64,000 nucleotides of DNA, taken from contig OZ253564.1 in NCBI GenBank assembly GCA_965262915.1, positions 640,001-704,000 on the forward strand, given 5' to 3'. The notes beneath the pieces are model-generated. The model saw nothing but the letters and a program-made list of their open reading frames with translations, did not search any database and had not been told where the DNA came from. The position numbers and the translations under genes are program-made. This DNA is from Candidatus Spongiisociaceae bacterium (lineage in GTDB: Bacteria; Actinomycetota; Acidimicrobiia; Spongiisociales; Spongiisociaceae). Shown in pieces: positions 1 through 9,974 of the stretch; position 1 is the stretch's first letter, and each line of letters starts with the position of its first letter.

Positions 1-1141
1 AGCGTCCTAAAGAATTGTCGTTCGGTCCCTCGTCGCAGTAATAGAATTCCCCCCCCGGGTTGGTCACGCCTTCGACATCCCAACGGGGCATAATGGTCAT
101 GCCCCAGCCTCCCCTTCCGAGTTCATGAGCATCCTGCCCGAGTTGGTGCCACTCGTCGCAGGATTCTTCCACATCCGCGTAGATAACCCAAGTATTGGTC
201 GACCCCGGAGCGTCATAGGTTCCAGTGTCCCACCACCCTCTAACAGGTGCGCAGTGCTGCACCCCTTCCACTACTTTCTGCCAGGCGCCGCCCCGTGCGT
301 AGAAGTCTCCGGGCTGGCTCATAGGGCAGTTCTCCACTATGGGATCGTGAAGCGAGAACCCCAGCCCTCCGAGCTGTTGGTGATACCAGGACTGAACATG
401 CTCGACCGCTCGGCGGATCGCTTCGTGGCTGTCGGAGCTGAACTCCCGGTCTGCTGGCACCGCGTACAGCACCCGTACCACATGCTCCGGGTTAGGGTCG
501 ACTGCGAGAGCGCGGGTGAGGAACGTGGCCATCTGAGCCCGGTTAGTGTCCCGGTCTGGACAGTAACGGGGGGGACCACTGGTAGTGCGCCCCGAAGTTA
601 CCCCCGCCGCGGCCAAAGCATCAATGTTGGGTTCGTGGACACTCCCCCCAGTGTCGACAAACCGACCCGAACGGCCACCCGCCAGCCCGAAAGCACGAAC
701 CAGAAACGACGCCATCCGAGCGCGGGTAACCGTCTCGGTAGGACAGAAACGGGCCGGTTCGGTGGCGCAACCATCCGTCACACCCAAATCAGCCAAACGG
801 TCCACATAAGGCGCCCACCACTGCGACTCGTCCACATCGGCGAACCGTGTCGACCCCACCGGAGGCGGGTCAGTCCCATCCAGGAGGCGCACCAGCCACA
901 CAGCCATAACCCAACGCTGCACCGGAACCGTCGGACAGAACTCCCCCGGCCCACATTCCGTGCCGTCGAACACTCCGTCAGCCGCCAACCCTTCAACAGC
1001 CGACCTATGAACCCCCGCCCCCTCCACATCAGAAAACCCCTCAGACGCAGCGCCAACACCACCAGCACCCACCCCCAACACCGAACCCACCACAACCGCA
1101 ACAACCACCAACCCCAAAACACGCCGACAAGAAACCCTCAC
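1..1141 (-). CDS. Secreted S-layer homology (SLH) domain protein, runs off the window start
   Basis: Manual translation from GTG at 1141: signal peptide VRVSCRRVLGLVVVAVVVGSVLG, then FSDVEGAGVHRSAVEGLAADGVF..FCP..RWVMAVWLVR, RFADVDESQWWAPYVDRLADLGVTDGC..VTRARMASFL; homologous to the SLH region of 8298-9974. Listed ORF 125-1195(+) is its antisense shadow. Confidence 0.85.
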   Translation of the reverse strand, partial: MRVSCRRVLGLVVVAVVVGSVLGVGAGGVGAASEGFSDVEGAGVHRSAVEGLAADGVFDGTECGPGEFCPTVPVQRWVMAVWLVRLLDGTDPPPVGSTRFADVDESQWWAPYVDRLADLGVTDGCATEPARFCPTETVTRARMASFLVRAFGLAGGRSGRFVDTGGSVHEPNIDALAAAGVTSGRTTSGPPRYCPDRDTNRAQMATFLTRALAVDPNPEHVVRVLYAVPADREFSSDSHEAIRRAVEHVQSWYHQQLGGLGFSLHDPIVENCPMSQPGDFYARGGAWQKVVEGVQHCAPVRGWWDTGTYDAPGSTNTWVIYADVEESCDEWHQLGQDAHELGRGGWGMTIMPRWDVEGVTNPGGEFYYCDEGPNDNSLGR

Positions 1142-1386
1142 AACCCCATCTCCCAACCGCGGACACCCTCCCGGGGCCGGCACACTACGAACTGAACTCC
1201 GTGTTTGACCAGAACCAGGTCGCATACAGCGCCCGTGCCAGACTATACCAGATCAATACATTTTGAAGGGGCATCATAAGTACACCCTCAAAGGCAAAGG
1301 AATGCTATCTTTATGCCCTAATATATCTATCCCTTATGATGGGTTGGATAGATATCTAATTGGTGGTGTGAGACGCCTATCCTAAA

Positions 1387-1792
1387 CCTGAATCCGCCGA
1401 CTGATTCGTGGGGTGGCTGGCCGGGTGTGCCGGTGCGGTTCACCGATCAGCGTGATCGATATGAGTGGCACCCACCAACAACGACAACACCTTACGACCC
1501 GGCCGTGCTCCACCCACCCGGTCACCCAGGCGCAGTGTCCCGTCCACCAACTCTTCCAAACCCAGACGATCCATCAACGTCTCGGCAGCTAACAACCCGA
1601 CATCAGCCACCAACGACTCGTCATCGAACACCACCTCAAGGCGGTCGGTTCTCTGCGATACCCTACTCATAGGAAGTGCCTCACCGATCCAGGCCAAAAC
1701 CATTACTTCTACCGGTTATTGTCCCAGATCAGAGGGCACTGTCTACGCCAAATCCACCCACCACCAAACCAAACCCCATCGGTGGATTGAGG
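1387..1792 (-). mobile_element. Internally deleted IS1380-family remnant
   Basis: Ends CCTGAATCCGCC / GGTGGATTGAGG match the IRs of the full element at 44562-46341; ORF 1440-1703 matches its transposase N-terminus (VVFDDESLVADVGLL). Confidence 0.85.
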
Positions 1793-1799
1793 CAAAAAC

Positions 1800-1974
1800 T
1801 CTGCAGGACGACAGGGAAGTAAGCGAAGGGTAGGAACAGACCGAATCCGGTGATGAAGCTGGTCGTGTTCGCGACCGAGAACTCCCGGTTCCGAAACAGG
1901 AACAGCGGCAGGATGGGCGAAGCTACCTTCCTTTTCCTGCCTCACAAACCACACCAGCGCCACCCCTCCCACCG
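1800..1974 (-). pseudogene. MFS (EmrB/QacA-like) transporter fragment
   Basis: Minus frame reads ASPILPLFLFRNREFSVANTTSFITGFGLFL, typical of the DHA2 mid-region; clipped by IS on both sides. Confidence 0.55.
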
Positions 1975-2059
1975 TGTTGACGATCGTTGAAACTCCCCAC
2001 TCTCGATCACTGAAATTCACTCATAGTGGATGGTGCCCCGTTTCTTTGGGGGTCACTGC

Positions 2060-2260
2060 GATGATGCGGGTGGCCCCCCGGGACCGGGGGGCGGGTCTGA
2101 CCCAACTGAAATTTGGCGTGTGGATTGCCTTTGTGGGGATCTGTCGGCCTGTTCCCCCGGTCCCGGGGGCGGGGTTGTGGCTCGAAGCGGATGTGACCTT
2201 GTAGGAGCTTTAGCTTGCCAGCACCGTGAGTGTATTGTCCGCCGTTTTTGGCCGGAACCC
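2060..2260 (+). ncRNA. Putative IS110 bridge RNA, copy 1 (boundaries approximate)
   Basis: Non-coding left end holds ACTGAAATT (2105-2113) and GTGGGGA (2133-2139) matching the target, and GTAGGAGC (2201-2208) and TGAGTG (2227-2232) matching the donor junction. Confidence 0.8.
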
Positions 2261-2296
2261 CTTCTAGCAAGACGGTAGTCCACGGGGAGGTGGGTC

Positions 2297-3527
2297 GTGT
2301 CAGAGGATGGGGTTGGTGTTTTCGGTGGGGTTGATACCCATCGGGATGCCCATGTGGGGGCGGTGGTGGATAGCGCTGGTCGCCTGTTGGGTTCGGAGTC
2401 GTTCGCAGCGGAGAGAGCCGGGTATCGCCAGATGGTCGCCTGGTTCGGATCGCAGGGTCGGCTGGTTCGGGTCGGGGTGGAAGGGACAGGCAGCTACGGC
2501 GCTGGGCTGGCTCGTTATCTGACCGCAGCCGACATCGATGTGGTGGAGGTGAACCGCCCCAACCGCCAACTACGCCGCCAAAAGGGCGGGAAGTCTGACA
2601 GCGTCGACGCCGAGGGAGCAGCTCGGGCGGCTGCTAGCGGGGAGGCGGCGGCGGTTCCTAAGTCTGGTGATGGGCCGGTTGAGTGCCCTGCGGATGCTGT
2701 TGGTGGCCCGCCGCTGGGCGACCAAGGCCCGCACCCAGGCGGCTAACCAGATCCATTCTGTGATCGTTGGTGCCCCAGAGCAGGTCAAATGTCAGCTCAG
2801 GGGCCTGAACCTCAGAGTACGAGTAGCGGTTTGTGCCCGCTGGCGTCCCGGTGAAGCACAGACCACAGCCGCGTACGCGAAACGGGTTCTACGCCACCTG
2901 GCCCGCCGATACCAAACCCTCGACGCAGAGATCACCGAACTTGAGGGAGACATCCGTCGTCTCTGCGCTAGGGCGAACCCGGCGTTGTTGGCCGCCAACG
3001 GTGTGGGCCCTGACACAGCCTCGGTGCTGCTGGTCGCAGCCGGCGACAACCCCGGGCGAATGAAATCGGAACGGTCCTTCGCGGCGCTGTGCGGCACCAG
3101 TCCTGTTCAGGCATCATCGGGACAGACCATACGGCATCGTCTCAACCGGGGCGGTAACCGCCAAGCCAACAGCGCGCTGTGGCGGATCGCTACCACCCGG
3201 ATGCGCACCGACGCTGCCACCAAAGAATATGTGACCAGACGCCAGGGGGAAGGAAAGAACCGAAAAGAGATCATCCGCTGCCTCAAGCGGCACATCGCCC
3301 GAGAGATCTACCGACTACTCACCAACCCGCCCCCAACCCCGAACTGCGCCCGCCTACGCGACCAGCGTCAACATGCCGGTATCACCGTGACCCAGGCCGC
3401 CCAAGCCCTCGGAACCCACACAGCCCGCATCTCAGAACTCGAACTCGGACGGAACCACAACCACCAGCTAGCGACCCGATACCAGAGGTGGCTCCGCACC
3501 CACGAGGCGGCCCCATCACCGATTTGA
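2297..3527 (+). pseudogene. IS110 recombinase with C-terminal HTH, frameshifted near 2686
   Basis: ORFs 2297-2746 (GVDTH, GVEGTG, KSDSVDA) and 2667-3527 (ASSG..RHRLNRGGNRQAN) together equal the intact 37266-38495 protein. Confidence 0.9.
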
Positions 3528-3639
3528 CAACCGTAGGAGCATCCCCACCCTGTGACAGCAAATACCAGACGTTGAGTGGGGTCCTCTCCAAGCTGCTGAC
3601 TGAGAGATCTGGCAGCGAGGAGAGGGAGCCCCACCGCTG

Positions 3640-4949
3640 ATGTTGGCACAGGAGGAATCCGTGGAAGTACACGCGTTGAGGAAGCGAGGCTGGTCGATGT
3701 GGGCCATTGCCCGCCATGTGGGAAGAGACCGCAAAACAGTACGAGCTCACCTGTCAGGTGAGCACGTGCCGGGCCGGCGGAGGTCGGCGGAGCCGGATCC
3801 GTTCGATGTGGTCGAGGCTTATGTTGGGCAGCGGCTGGCCGAGGATCCCCATCTTTGGGCGACGGCACTGTTCGACGAAGCCAAGGGTCTGGGGTATGGG
3901 CAGAGCTATGTGACGTTTGCCCGTAAGATCCGAGTCCGGCGGCTGCGTCCGTCGTGTGCGGCGTGTGGGGGAACCCGAGGACAGCCGACCGTGGTGATCG
4001 ATCATCCGGCGGGCGAAGAATGCCAGTGGGACTGGTTGGAGTTGCGGGACACCCCGTGGGGGTCGAAGGTTTTCGTGTTGGTGGGTGTGCTGTCACATTC
4101 GGGCAGGTTCCGGGCGTGGGTGAGCTCGAGCCAGGACCAGGCGCATCTGGTGGAGGGCATCGACGCGGTGCTGCGCCGCTTCGGGGGAACCGCTAGGCGG
4201 TGGCGGGTGGATCGTATGGCCACAGTCCTGGTGCCGGGCACTGATCGGATACAGGCCTCGTTCGTGGGAGTCGCCAAGCACTATGGGGTGGGGGTCGATC
4301 CGTGTCCCCCGAGACGACCGAACCGCAAAGGCGTGGTCGAGAAAGCGATCCATTACATAGCTCAGCGGTGGTGGCGCACCGCAGCAGTGGGGACGGTGTC
4401 CGAGGCGCAGGACAGCCTCGATGAGTTCTGCGAGAGGGTTGGGGATGCCCGCCGGCGGGCCGGGGGCAGCGTTGGGGAGCTCGCCGATACGGAACCGTTG
4501 CTTCCGCTTCCTGCGATGCCGTATCCGGCGGAGGGAGTCCTGGTCCGCAAAGTGGCTGCCAACGGGCTGGTGTCGGTGCGGGGCAACCGATATTCGGTGC
4601 CGCCTTCTGTGATCGGAACCGAAGTTAGTGTCGTTGGCGGCTGGGTGACCCAATCTTCGATGTGATCTCGGCTTCTGGGCGGCTGGTTGCCACACATCGG
4701 AAGGTTCCCCGCGGTCAAGGCAGGGTGGTTCGCCTCCCCCAACACACCGCAGCCCTCCAAAAGGTCGTGCTGGCCTCGTTCACCACCGCTCGGCCCCCCA
4801 AACCGAAGCCGAACCGGCCACCATCGCAAGCGGCTCGGGCGATCGCCGCCGACATTGGGGGCGGAGTGGAACACGGTGAGCCGGTTATCGACCTTGCCGT
4901 CTACCAGCGTCACATCGACCACCAGAACCACCATCGGGGCCGGCGATGA
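3640..4949 (+). pseudogene. istA: IS21 transposase IstA, frameshift near 4630
   Basis: N-terminal HTH (AIARHVGRDRKTVR), QWDW, KGVVEK, NRYSVP; C-terminus continues in ORF 4662-4949. Confidence 0.88.
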
Positions 4950-5734
4950 GCAGAGACAGCGTCTACCAACAGTTGCGGGGACATCTCGCCTACCTCAAGC
5001 TCGCAGCAGCTGCCGAGGCGCTACCAGGCCGGCTCGAAGCAGCCCGCAGAAGAAGCATCGGCCATACCGAGTTCCTCGAAGAGTTGCTCCGAGTCGAGGA
5101 CGCGTAGCCACCGAAACGCGACGGTGGAACAGCCGGATGCGGTTCGCGAACTTCCCAACGGCCTGGCAGCTCGAAGACTACGCGTCTTCTCCGCCCAGCC
5201 CAGCATCGACCAAAAACTCGTGCGGGAACTCGCCACAGGCGCCTACCTCGCCGACGCGACCAACGTGCTGCACATACGGCCCGCCCGGTGTCGGCAAGAC
5301 CATGCTGGCGGTCATCTTGGGCCGAGCCGCGGTCGACGGCGGCCACAGGGTGTACTACACCACCGCCGCGGACCTCGCAGCCCGCTGCCCCAACAGCCGC
5401 CCTCGAAGGCCGATGGGCCGCAACCATGCGGTTCTTCTCCGGCCCAGCCGTGCTCATAGTGGATGAACTCGGCTATCTCCCCATGCCATCCGAAGACGCC
5501 GCCTCCCTGTTCCAGGTCATCTCCCGCAGATACCAGAAAGGCTCGATCATCCCCACCACCAACCGCAGCGTCGCCGCCTGGGGAGACATCTTCTCCGACA
5601 CCACAATCGCCGCTGCCATGCTCGACCGGCTCCTGCACCGCAGCGTCGTCTTCACCATCACGGGAGACAGCTACCGGCTACGCGCCTACCACGCCCAGGC
5701 CCGAAAACACCGACCGAAAGGAGGCGCCAACTAG
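4946..5734 (+). pseudogene. istB: IS21 helper ATPase IstB, several frameshifts
   Basis: GPPGVGKT Walker A, LIVDELGYLP Walker B and AMLDRLLH spread over different frames. Confidence 0.88.
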
Positions 5735-6228
5735 ACTCACCAACACACCCGGGGTGGGGAATTTCAATGATCGACTCCGGGGAATTTCAGTGATCGCCAT
5801 CATCCGCGCAGCCTCAAATATTCCGGAGACCCCGGGTTCGGAGCTGCTTGCGAATCGTTCCCCTCCCGGACCAGGGTCGCCCTCGGAGTGGCTCGGGTCC
5901 ATTCCTGTCACCAACTCTGAACAAGGCCCGACGTGCTGGCAGACTTGGTCGACGCTGATGATGTGCCCGGCTGGTTGGTGGTGTGCTAACTGTTGCGCAG
6001 TCTGAGCGTGGACGCGTCAAGGAGGCGACACTAACCATGGTTGTCGGATCACCTATGTGGCGTCTGGGAGCGAATCGCCATTCCGATCGTCAGGCGTGTG
6101 CGTATCTCCTCGGGGTCCATATCTGGCTCGCCAGCGAGCCATCCTATCACAGCTCGAACGAGGCCTCTACCACAACCACCAGCTGGCTACCCGATACCTC
6201 GAAAACGGATTTGCAAAACTTAGGGGCA

Positions 6229-7890
6229 TCGTGACCTCACCAACCTGTGGCGCCTGCAGCTCCACGATAACCGGTTGAGCGGGTCGATCCCGGCGGAACT
6301 GGGTGACCTCACCTACCTGGAGCAGTTGGGCTTGACGGACAACCGCTTGAGTGGGTCGATCCCGGCGGAGCTGGGTGACCTCACCAACCTGCAGAACGTG
6401 CGATTCGCGCTCAATTCGTTGACCGGATGCGTTCCCCTCGGGTTGCGCCATCTGCTGCGCCTTTCAAACTATTACGACGGAACCCCAGCCCATGACTTCA
6501 TCGAGGTGGACGCCAACAACGACGGCGATACCAACGACGAGGGCGATGTCCCCGGCCTGGACCTACCGTTCTGCATGCTCAGGACGCTGACGCTCAGCAA
6601 CGGGACCCTCACACCGGAGTTCGCCACCGGCACAACAACCTATACCGCCTCGGTGGGCAACGATGTGGAAACCACAGTAACTGCGACGACCCACAACACC
6701 GCTGACAGCGTGTCCATCACGAAAGGCGCGGACACCTATACAAGCGGAACCGTGGCCGAGAACACCCCCGCAGGTCTGCCCATCTGCGCTCCGGTGGCCG
6801 CCTCCGATCCCGACGTGGTCAACGGCGACACGCTTACGTACACCCCCGGACGGCGACGATGCCGCTTCCTTCGACACCGTGACCTCGTCGGGTCAGTTGC
6901 GGACCAAGACTGCTTTGGATCACGAGACCAAGCCCAGTTACTCGATGACAGTCTCAGTCCACGACGGCAAAGACCACGACGGCAACCCCGACCTCACTGC
7001 TGACGACACGATCGCCGTGACCGTCACCGTAACTGATGTGGATGAGGCCCCCGATCTGAGCGGTCCCGCAGCGGTTGCCTACGACGAGAACAACAGCGGC
7101 CCGGTCGGTTCCTACACTGCCGACGATCCTGAGGGGGCCACTATCATCTGGACCCTGGCCGGAACAGACGCTGGCAGTTTCACATTCACTGATGGCGTAC
7201 TCGAGTTCGCGGTTATCCCAGACTACGAACAGCCTGCCGATTCGAACCGGGACAACACCTATGTGGTGACTGTTCAGGCGTCGGATGGGACCAACATTCC
7301 CACCCAGACGGTGACCGTTTCGGTGATCAACGTGGACCCCCCGAACAGAGGAGGCGGAAGTGGTGGCGGCGGTGGCGGTGGGTCGGGGCTGCTCCCTCCG
7401 GGTGCTAACCAGCCGCCCGCTTTCGCCGAAGGTTCCCGAACTATGCGTACAGTGGCGGAGAACAGCCCCGCCGGGACCAACATCGGTGGACCGGTCACCG
7501 CAGAGGACCCCGAAGACGATCCCCTCACCTACAAACTGGCAGGCACCGACACCGACGTGTTCGACTTCGACACCGAAACAGGGCAGCTCAAAACCAAAGC
7601 AGCCCTGGACTACGAAACCAAGAACAGTTACAGGGTGACCGTAGAGGTGCGGGACAGCAAAGACCCCGAAGGCGAACCCGACGAGCGGCGGGACGACTCC
7701 ATCGCAGTAACCGTCAACGTCGCTAACCGAAACGACATCGGACATCTCACCCTGTCCGCACCCACACCCAGAGCCGGCCAACCCCTCCAAGCCGTGCTAG
7801 CCGACCCCGACGGTGCCACCAACGTCGCGTGGGTTTGGGAACGCTCCACCGACCGGACCACGTGGGCACCCATCCCAGACGCCACCTCGG
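6229..7890 (+). pseudogene. Inverted, internally deleted copy of the LRR-cadherin-SLH gene
   Basis: Translations (SGSIPAELGDLTYLEQLGL, PAHDFIEVDANNDGDTND, PPGANQPPAFAEGSRTMRTVAENSPAGTN) closely match segments of 9971-15313 and 8298-9974; no start or signal peptide, frameshifted, cut by IS3. Confidence 0.85.
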
Positions 7891-8349
7891 CTGCGGGTAG
7901 TCGGATGGTCCATGCGCAACGACATGGCCATCACCACACGTAAACCCGACCGGGTGATCCATCATTCGGATAGGGGAAGCCAACCCGGGTTCAAGGGGTC
8001 GTTGCAACACTGCCTTGTTGGAGGGAGTCTAGGTGTTCGGTGAGGGCCTCGGCTGGGGTCCTGTAGCCGAGAGTTTTGCGGGGTCGACCGTTGAGGGCTG
8101 CGGCGACGGCGTCGCCGAGTCGTTCTTCGCCACCCTCGAGACCGAACTCCTGGACCGGACCAGCTTCGCCAACCGGAACCAGGCCCGCTCAGCCATATTC
8201 GACTACATCGAAGGCTTCTACAACCCCCACCGGCGGCACTCCACCATCGGATACCACTCACCCACCGACTACGAAAGGAGCACCACCACCACCCCAACTA
8301 CCCTGCCGATCCCCTAACCGAAACTGTCCACAAAAGCGGGGCAACTCCA
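7891..8349 (+). mobile_element. IS3-family 3' remnant containing an IS30 right-end fragment (7984-8110)
   Basis: VVGWSM..HHSDRGSQ, AESFFATLETELL..YNPHRRHS; IR AAAAGCGGGGCAACTCCA; CCCGGGTTCAAGGGGTCGTTGCAAC at 7984 matches the IS30 end at 62172-62197. Confidence 0.85.
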
Positions 8350-9974
8350 GTTCGGGTTGGGTCGGGTTCGGGTTGGTGGGTCAGGGCCCGGTGTAGGAAG
8401 CTGGCCATTTGTGCTCGGGTGACCGCCTGGTTGGGGCAGTATTGGGGTGGGCCGGTAGTAGCGCATCCTGCGGTGATACCGGCGGCGGCGAGGGTGTCGA
8501 TGTTGGCTTCGTGGACGTTGCCTTCGATATCGTCGAACCCGGCGGGTGTTTGGGCTGGGGCCAGTTGGAACGCTCTGGTTAGGAAGCTGGCCATCTGCGC
8601 TCGGGTGACCGCCTGGTCGGGGCAGTACCGGGGCGGGCCAGTAGCACACCCGGCGGTGACGCCTAGGTCGGCGAGCTGCTCGACGTGGCGGATCCACCAC
8701 TGGCCGCCGGCGATGTCACCGAAGCGGGAAACACCTGCGACAGGGGCTTCGCCACCGAGGACACGGATCAGCCATACGGCCATCGTCCATCGGCGGATGG
8801 GATCTTGGGGACAGAACAGCCCGTCGCCGCATCCGGTATCTACAAACAGGCCGTCTGCGGCTAGCGCGTCGATAGCGGGGGCATGCACTCCTTCTGCGGC
8901 AACGTCGGAGAAAACGGTTGTGTACCCGACAGTTACCGGGTTGGGGGGTGCGGCCGCCACGGTCTTGCCCGACCCGAACGGGTCCCCGTAGGTGGCCATC
9001 ACCCGCAGCTGGTGGCCCTCGTCGTCGGTGTCGGGGGTGTACACAGCCGAGGCGGCGTCTGGGATGAGTGCCCACGTGGTCCCGTCGGTGGAGCGTTCCC
9101 AAACCCAGCCGATGTTGGTGGCACCGTCGGGGTCGACTAGTACGGCTTGGAGGGGTTGGCCGACTCTGGGTGTCGGCGCGGATAGGGTGACCCATCCGGG
9201 GTCGTCTCTGTTGGTGACCCCAATCGTTACCCGGATGGAGTCGTCCCGCCGCCTGTCGGCCTCGCCGGCAGGGTCTTTGCTGTCCCGCACCTCTACGGTG
9301 ACCGTGTAACTGTTCTCGGTTTCGTAATCCAGGGCTGCCTTGGTTTTGAGCTGACCCGTTTCGGTGTCGAGGTCGAACGATTCGGCGTCGACGCCGGCCA
9401 GCTTGTAGATGAGAGGGTCCCCTTCGGGGTCGGCGGCGCCGACTGGTCCACCAACATTGGTCCCGGCGGGGCTGTTCTCCGCCACTGTCCGCATAGTTCG
9501 GGAACCCTCAGCGAACTCGGGCGGCTCGTTAGCACCCGGCGGCAAAGGCGCAGGACCCCCACCTCCGCCGCCACCTCCACCGCCTCCTCCACCGCCGCCG
9601 CCACCGCCTCCGGTCTGCGGTGGGGATGTTGGTGGGGGTGTTGGACGTGGGGGTGTTGGTCGTGCCGGGTTCGGAACGTGGTCGGTAGTGGCGGCGGTGG
9701 CGTCCTTGGTGGGGCCCTCGGCGTCGTCGTAGGTGACAACAACTTGGAGGTAGTGGCCCCTATCCGCGGTGGTCGGCGTGTAGGAATCCCCCTCCGCGCC
9801 GGGGATCGGAGTCCAGTACTGGTTGTTCTGGGACCGTTCCCACCGCCACACCCGGCCGCGGATCTCCCCGTCGGGATCCTCGAGAACAGCCGACATCTCA
9901 ACATCCACCTCCGGGCGGGCGGGCGTCAGCGTGACCGTACCCTTCTCCTCCTGGTTGGTCACCGACACCGTCAC
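8298..9974 (-). CDS. C-terminal part of giant surface protein (cadherin-like domains, Pro/Gly linker, three SLH repeats)
   Basis: Begins mid-cadherin (TVSVTNQEE), continuous with the upstream ORF by a frameshift near 9985; VTRAQMASFL SLH motifs; last codons derive from the IS3 IR. Confidence 0.85.
   Translation of the reverse strand: MTVSVTNQEEKGTVTLTPARPEVDVEMSAVLEDPDGEIRGRVWRWERSQNNQYWTPIPGAEGDSYTPTTADRGHYLQVVVTYDDAEGPTKDATAATTDHVPNPARPTPPRPTPPPTSPPQTGGGGGGGGGGGGGGGGGGGPAPLPPGANEPPEFAEGSRTMRTVAENSPAGTNVGGPVGAADPEGDPLIYKLAGVDAESFDLDTETGQLKTKAALDYETENSYTVTVEVRDSKDPAGEADRRRDDSIRVTIGVTNRDDPGWVTLSAPTPRVGQPLQAVLVDPDGATNIGWVWERSTDGTTWALIPDAASAVYTPDTDDEGHQLRVMATYGDPFGSGKTVAAAPPNPVTVGYTTVFSDVAAEGVHAPAIDALAADGLFVDTGCGDGLFCPQDPIRRWTMAVWLIRVLGGEAPVAGVSRFGDIAGGQWWIRHVEQLADLGVTAGCATGPPRYCPDQAVTRAQMASFLTRAFQLAPAQTPAGFDDIEGNVHEANIDTLAAAGITAGCATTGPPQYCPNQAVTRAQMASFLHRALTHQPEPDPTRTGVAPLLWTVSVRGSAG

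Larger units (their letters stand above)
2019..3543 (+). mobile_element. IS110-family element, copy 1
   Basis: DEDD recombinase; ends ACTCATAG.. and ..TTGACAACCGTAGGAGCATC shared with copies 2 and 3; removal restores the IS21 repeat CACTGAAATTCCCCACCC. Confidence 0.92.
1975..5802 (+). mobile_element. IS21-family element, interrupted in its left end by IS110
   Basis: TG..CA termini with repeated CGATC(A/G)(C/T)TGAAA(T/C)TCCCC motifs at 1975-2018 and 5752-5802; istA/istB inside; no clear TSD. Confidence 0.9.

Noticed and set aside
6229-6750. LRR-gene duplicate as a diversity-generating retroelement template
   Set aside because: Inspected differences are not adenine-specific, and no reverse transcriptase is encoded (both introns lack it).
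9556-9612. GGN-rich microsatellite
   Set aside because: Encodes the poly-Gly linker with mixed codons; ordinary for these proteins.
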